NCBI GenBank assembly: GCA_040218645.1
Contig: JAVJQZ010000005.1
Span: forward strand, 9,988-73,987
Reading direction: 5' to 3'
DNA: 64,000 nucleotides
Source: Rhodospirillales bacterium
GTDB lineage: Bacteria; Pseudomonadota; Alphaproteobacteria; Rhodospirillales; Casp-alpha2
In this document: piece by piece, positions 60,396-64,000 of the stretch
Layout of the letters: each line of letters starts with the position of its first letter
Numbering within the stretch: position 1 is the stretch's first letter
Notes under the pieces: generated by a model
The model's input: only the letters and a program-made list of their open reading frames with translations
The model's database searches: none
Told to the model about the DNA's origin: nothing
Program-made: the position numbers and the translations under genes

Positions 60396-60488
60396 GCGAA
60401 TGATTATCAGTAAAGATGAGAATGATTGTCAATAGCAGATTTTTTCCATAGTCAGTGAAAACTGAAATTGCAATTGATTATCAATGAC
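60396..60488. promoter_or_regulatory. cluster of Fur-box-like sites in the bfd-bfr divergent promoter
   Basis: gcGAATGATTATCAgtaaa (60396-414), gatGAGAATGATTGTCAAT (60415-433) and attgCAATTGATTATCAATGAc (60467-488) resemble GATAATGATAATCATTATC half-sites. Confidence 0.5.
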
Positions 60489-60563
60489 ATATTGAAAAAA
60501 TGACAATCTATAAAAAGTACGCTAAAGAGTGATTTGAATGCGATTTTGCACAAGGAGACGACC

Positions 60564-61046
60564 ATGAAGGGCGACCCGAAGGTTATCAAGCAGCTCAATG
60601 GGATTCTGAAAAACGAGCTGACGGCGATTAACCAGTATTTTCTGCATGCCCGCATGTTGAAGGATTGGGGCTTCCTTGGTCTGGCTGAAAAGGTCTATCA
60701 CGAGTCCATCGGCGAAATGAAACATGCCGATTATCTGATCGAACGAGTGCTGATGTTGGACGCCCTGCCCAACCTGCAGGACCTCGGAAAACTCAAGATC
60801 GGCGAGAATTTGCCGGAGTGTCTGGCCAGCGATCTCGGCCTGGAAATGACCAACCAGAAGATGCTGAAGACGGCGATCTCGGTCTGTGAAACCGCCAAGG
60901 ATTACGTCTCGCGCGAGATTCTGGAAAAGATTCTGGATGATACCGAAGAGCACATCGACTGGATCGAAACCCAGCAGAACGTGATCGAACACGCCGGGTT
61001 GCAGAACTATTTGCAGGAGCACATGTTCGAAAAGGACGAGTCGTAA
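60564..61046 (+). CDS. bfr: bacterioferritin
   Basis: [27 protein letters not shown]...WG......ESI.EMKHAD (haem Met, di-iron ligands). SD aaggaga upstream. Confidence 0.95.
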   Translation: MKGDPKVIKQLNGILKNELTAINQYFLHARMLKDWGFLGLAEKVYHESIGEMKHADYLIERVLMLDALPNLQDLGKLKIGENLPECLASDLGLEMTNQKMLKTAISVCETAKDYVSREILEKILDDTEEHIDWIETQQNVIEHAGLQNYLQEHMFEKDES

Positions 61047-61053
61047 GTCCCGT

Positions 61054-62187
61054 TCAGGCGCCCAGCGCCAGCATGTGATTATCCCACTGACGGAATGTAT
61101 GGCGACGGGCGTGTGCTTCTAACATGGCAGCGCCCGTTTTCATTGGCGTGAGGTCTTCGAGCCGACCCGATCCGCTTGAAGCCATGATGCCGTCCCGGGA
61201 CAGGGCCAGACCGCAGCCGTCGGCAAAATCGACATGTCCCCGCCATGCCTGATCGGAAAGCGACCAGAATCCGACAAGCCCGCCGCGTGGGGATGACACC
61301 GCCAGCACGTTGCTTTCTGGTGCCGACACCACCGAGCCGCAGTAACCGCTGAAACGGTCAAGCATAATGCCCGGCACCGGCAGCGCTTTGAAAGACGTGC
61401 CGTCTACGCCGTCGTGGACATGGACCAGCGGCAGTATCGCGCCGTCGCTGATCTGATCCTGACAGCCGACGGCAATCCGCCCGCCGGGCAGCAGCGCCAT
61501 ATGGCGAATGCTGAGTTTCTGCATCCGGGGGGTATCGAAAAAGACCTCGCCGGTCAGCGTTCCGTCCGTGCTATCGATATAGGCCAGCGACGGACGCATG
61601 CTGCCGATGTTGAGCTTTTCACGGCCGCTGTCGGGGTGGGTCCGGATGCCGCCGTTGGCGACAGTGAGGGTCCGGCCATCATCTTTCATCAGCAGTTCGT
61701 GCGGGCCGGTACCGCCGCTTGAAAACTCACCGATCCGCTTGTATCCGGCGGTGACGTCATAGACCCCGATCACACCACGGCCCGCATCAAAGTCGTTCTC
61801 GGTCATCCACATGGTTTTGCCGTCCGGACTGTAGACGGCATGACCATAAAAATGGCGGCCCGTGGCGGGCGTCAGACGGCGGCGTTCCTCTCCCCGTTCA
61901 AGATCGAAGACGATGGCGAACCTGCCGGGCCTGCGGGCAACGACGATGCCTTCATCGTGAGCCGGGCGGACCGCAACGTCATGGCCGCGCGCGGGCAGTG
62001 CCAGGTCCCACCGGATATCCAGGTCAGCGCCGAGCCGGCTGATCAGGTGGCGGGCGCGGATTTTATCATATCCGGTGGAGAGAAAGCCGGCTGTCGATTC
62101 TGCCCGGGTGTTGCCCGGCAGCATGGCGCCCAGTCCGAGGGCCAGCAGCGATGCATTGAAAGCGCGGCGATCGATCCGGACGGCCAT
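61054..62187 (-). CDS. DUF1513 family periplasmic beta-propeller protein (Tat signal)
   Basis: MAVRIDRRAFNASLLALGLGAML Tat leader. Last gene of the conserved imelysin/DUF1111/DUF1513 cluster. Confidence 0.78.
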   Translation of the reverse strand: MAVRIDRRAFNASLLALGLGAMLPGNTRAESTAGFLSTGYDKIRARHLISRLGADLDIRWDLALPARGHDVAVRPAHDEGIVVARRPGRFAIVFDLERGEERRRLTPATGRHFYGHAVYSPDGKTMWMTENDFDAGRGVIGVYDVTAGYKRIGEFSSGGTGPHELLMKDDGRTLTVANGGIRTHPDSGREKLNIGSMRPSLAYIDSTDGTLTGEVFFDTPRMQKLSIRHMALLPGGRIAVGCQDQISDGAILPLVHVHDGVDGTSFKALPVPGIMLDRFSGYCGSVVSAPESNVLAVSSPRGGLVGFWSLSDQAWRGHVDFADGCGLALSRDGIMASSGSGRLEDLTPMKTGAAMLEAHARRHTFRQWDNHMLALGA

Positions 62188-62191
62188 CGGA

Positions 62192-63217
62192 TCAGTCGCC
62201 GTCCAGGCTGTTGAAGCCGAGATTGACTTTGAGCCTGTCCGGCATCGTTCCGGCGATCTGATCGCGCAAGGATTCCAGCGTCCCGGCAAGCGCGCGGATC
62301 CGGACCGGTCCCTTGTCTTCGCTCAGCAAACTCTTGCCGTTTTCACCCATGGCGCGGACGTTGTCCTCGGCCTGTTGGAACTGATCGAGGATCAACTGGT
62401 GGCGGGGATCATCGTCGCCGGCATCGATGGCCAGACGCTTGTAGAGTTCGCGAAGTGCGCGAATGTTGATTTCGACGTTCCTGAGGCTGCGGCCACTGCG
62501 CCAGTTTTCAAACAGGTGTGCCCGCGGGTGTTCCTTGTCCGCCGGCAGTTTGAGCTTCAGCGACTGGATAAACTCCAGCCCGGTAACGAGATCGCTGAGG
62601 ATATCAGCGACCCCGGCCTTGGGATCGACGTTTGTGGGCTGGCCTGACGCCTTCAGTTCGTGGGCGATGGCGGCGATGTTGTGAGTGATCGCTTCGGCGA
62701 TCCGGCAGCGGACGGCCTTTTCACCGGGCGCCGCGCGGCGGCTCAGCGCGATATCGCTGAACAGCAGACGTTCGAGCGCCGGAAAGCCCTGGGTTGCGAC
62801 ACTGCTTGCAGCGATGTCGTCTTTCAGGGTGTCGGATGCCGGTTCGGCCAGGATTTTGCGCATATGCCGTTCCGTAATGCCGCGCTTGTCGGGCCAGAAC
62901 TGCAGACGCGCATGCCGGTCGTTCTCGGCGACGGCACCGTGACGGATATGCTGGACGGCCTGCCAGGCATCCAGGGCTTCATGGAATTTGCTCCGTACCG
63001 CCAGCATGTCCGGCGCATCGCCGGTATTCTTGCAATGGCGGATGGTTTCATAGTCCAGAATGTGCGCCTTGTCGGCGAACAGGGCGTAGCCGGGGCCGAT
63101 CTGATGATCATAGATCGCCGATTGCAGGGCTTTGTAATCGGGAGGGTCGGCGGCGGCGGCCAGTGAAAGCTGGATGCAGGCTGCCGTGGCGAAAGCAAGA
63201 ACTAGCGGATGTCGCAT
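62192..63217 (-). CDS. imelysin family protein (peptidase_M75-like, iron-regulated IrpA/EfeO-type)
   Basis: Signal peptide MRHPLVLAFATAACIQLSLAAA, helical-bundle composition, and conserved cluster position. The start ATG overlaps the upstream stop (ATGA at 63215-63219). Confidence 0.75.
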   Translation of the reverse strand: MRHPLVLAFATAACIQLSLAAAADPPDYKALQSAIYDHQIGPGYALFADKAHILDYETIRHCKNTGDAPDMLAVRSKFHEALDAWQAVQHIRHGAVAENDRHARLQFWPDKRGITERHMRKILAEPASDTLKDDIAASSVATQGFPALERLLFSDIALSRRAAPGEKAVRCRIAEAITHNIAAIAHELKASGQPTNVDPKAGVADILSDLVTGLEFIQSLKLKLPADKEHPRAHLFENWRSGRSLRNVEINIRALRELYKRLAIDAGDDDPRHQLILDQFQQAEDNVRAMGENGKSLLSEDKGPVRIRALAGTLESLRDQIAGTMPDRLKVNLGFNSLDGD

Positions 63218-64000
63218 CAGAGTGACTCCAGGAATTTGATCAGGGCGGCGCGGTCGCGGGCAGACAGTTCGGTGACGGCGGCCTTGGCAGCTTCGGCTTC
63301 GCCGCCGTGCCAGAGGATCGCTTCCAACAGGTTGCGGGCGCGTCCGTCATGCAGAAAATAGGTATGCCCGCTGACGGTTTTCGTCAAACCGATCCCCCAC
63401 AGGGGCGGGGTCCGCCATTCGTATCCATCGGCAACGCCTTCGGGCCGGTGATCGGCAAGCCCTTCTCCCATATCGTGCAAAAGCAGATCGGTGTAAGGCC
63501 AGATCAGCTGATGTGAATGTTCGGGACGGCTGCCGTCGGTGCGGGTGATGAACTTCGGCATATGGCACGACGCACAGCCGCTTTCGTAGAAAATCTGCTT
63601 GCCCTTGAGGACATCACGCTTGCCGACATTGCGGCGCATGGGCACGGCAAGATTGCGTGAATAATGGGTGACCAGATCGAGCACGTTTTCATCGGCTTCG
63701 AGATTGTCATATTGCGGGCTGGACCCGTGCGGGGCATCGCGGCAGGCGGTCTGGGCTTCGGTGCAGTCACCCCACGGGTCCGGGGAAACAGGGTTCGATA
63801 TGCCGATGTCACCGGCAAAGGCCTCGCCGGTCTGCTGGCGGATGGTCGGGTTGCCGGCCTTCCAGCCGAACCGGCCGATCGTGGCTTTGCCGGCATCCTT
63901 GTCCCAGACCAGATTAGCGCGGCCGGAAATGCCGTCGCCGTTCGCGTCATCGGGATCGGCATGGGCGAGGATGGCATCGGTGGGAATCATCTCAAGAAGA
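63217..64000 (-). CDS. DUF1111 family di-haem oxidoreductase (thiol oxidoreductase-like), C-terminal part (5' end beyond the window)
   Basis: GRFGWK, a CxxCH haem site (GCASCHMP), WRTPPLWG and FLHDGRA. Family members are about 480 aa, so the Met at 63990 is probably internal. Confidence 0.8.
   Translation of the reverse strand, partial: LLEMIPTDAILAHADPDDANGDGISGRANLVWDKDAGKATIGRFGWKAGNPTIRQQTGEAFAGDIGISNPVSPDPWGDCTEAQTACRDAPHGSSPQYDNLEADENVLDLVTHYSRNLAVPMRRNVGKRDVLKGKQIFYESGCASCHMPKFITRTDGSRPEHSHQLIWPYTDLLLHDMGEGLADHRPEGVADGYEWRTPPLWGIGLTKTVSGHTYFLHDGRARNLLEAILWHGGEAEAAKAAVTELSARDRAALIKFLESL

Overview
GC-rich chromosomal segment that looks alphaproteobacterial, probably Rhodospirillales-like. 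That placement is an inference from gene content: a SahR-metF-metH operon, multiple PAS_5/DUF1457 paralogs, and REP-like palindromes of the cccgcgaaagcggg type. I support about 60 protein genes, mostly housekeeping, redox or catabolic. Confidently recognised genes are metH, metF, cspA, gss (bifunctional glutathionylspermidine synthetase/amidase), yghU-type GST, sthA, katG, ettA, bfd and bfr. The window also holds mlaA/mlaC, two histidine kinases, four LysR regulators, two DMT and one MFS transporter, and an AGCS symporter. An iron-type DUF1513-imelysin-DUF1111 cluster runs off the right edge. A DinG-family helicase runs off the left edge; it is absent from the ORF track because it has no stop in the window. 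I saw no rRNA, tRNA, CRISPR array, IS element or integrase. Two stretches are visibly AT-richer than the rest and look acquired. (1) About 11.87-13.33 kb carries an overlapping BglII/BamHI-fold endonuclease plus MT-A70 (DPPW) methyltransferase pair, a candidate type II R-M system of unknown specificity, and is my best candidate for an accessory system. (2) About 50.6-53.3 kb (LysR, NmrA-like, small orphan) is bracketed by ~80-bp imperfect direct repeats that include a degenerate copy of the ettA 3' end. Other points of note:
- An orphan SF2 helicase with a Zn-ribbon and an unassigned C-terminal domain, convergent with a GIY-YIG gene and flanked by inverted PAS_5 paralogs.
- Four dispersed PAS_5 paralogs.
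- A tandem triplication of the gss 3' terminus, each copy with a hairpin.
- A perfect 8-4-8 palindrome in front of the SahR-type regulator gene.
- Fur-type boxes between bfd and bfr.
All calls rest on reading the translations and sequence by eye. Family assignments come from remembered motifs, not searches, and many long ORFs in the track are antisense shadows of real genes.
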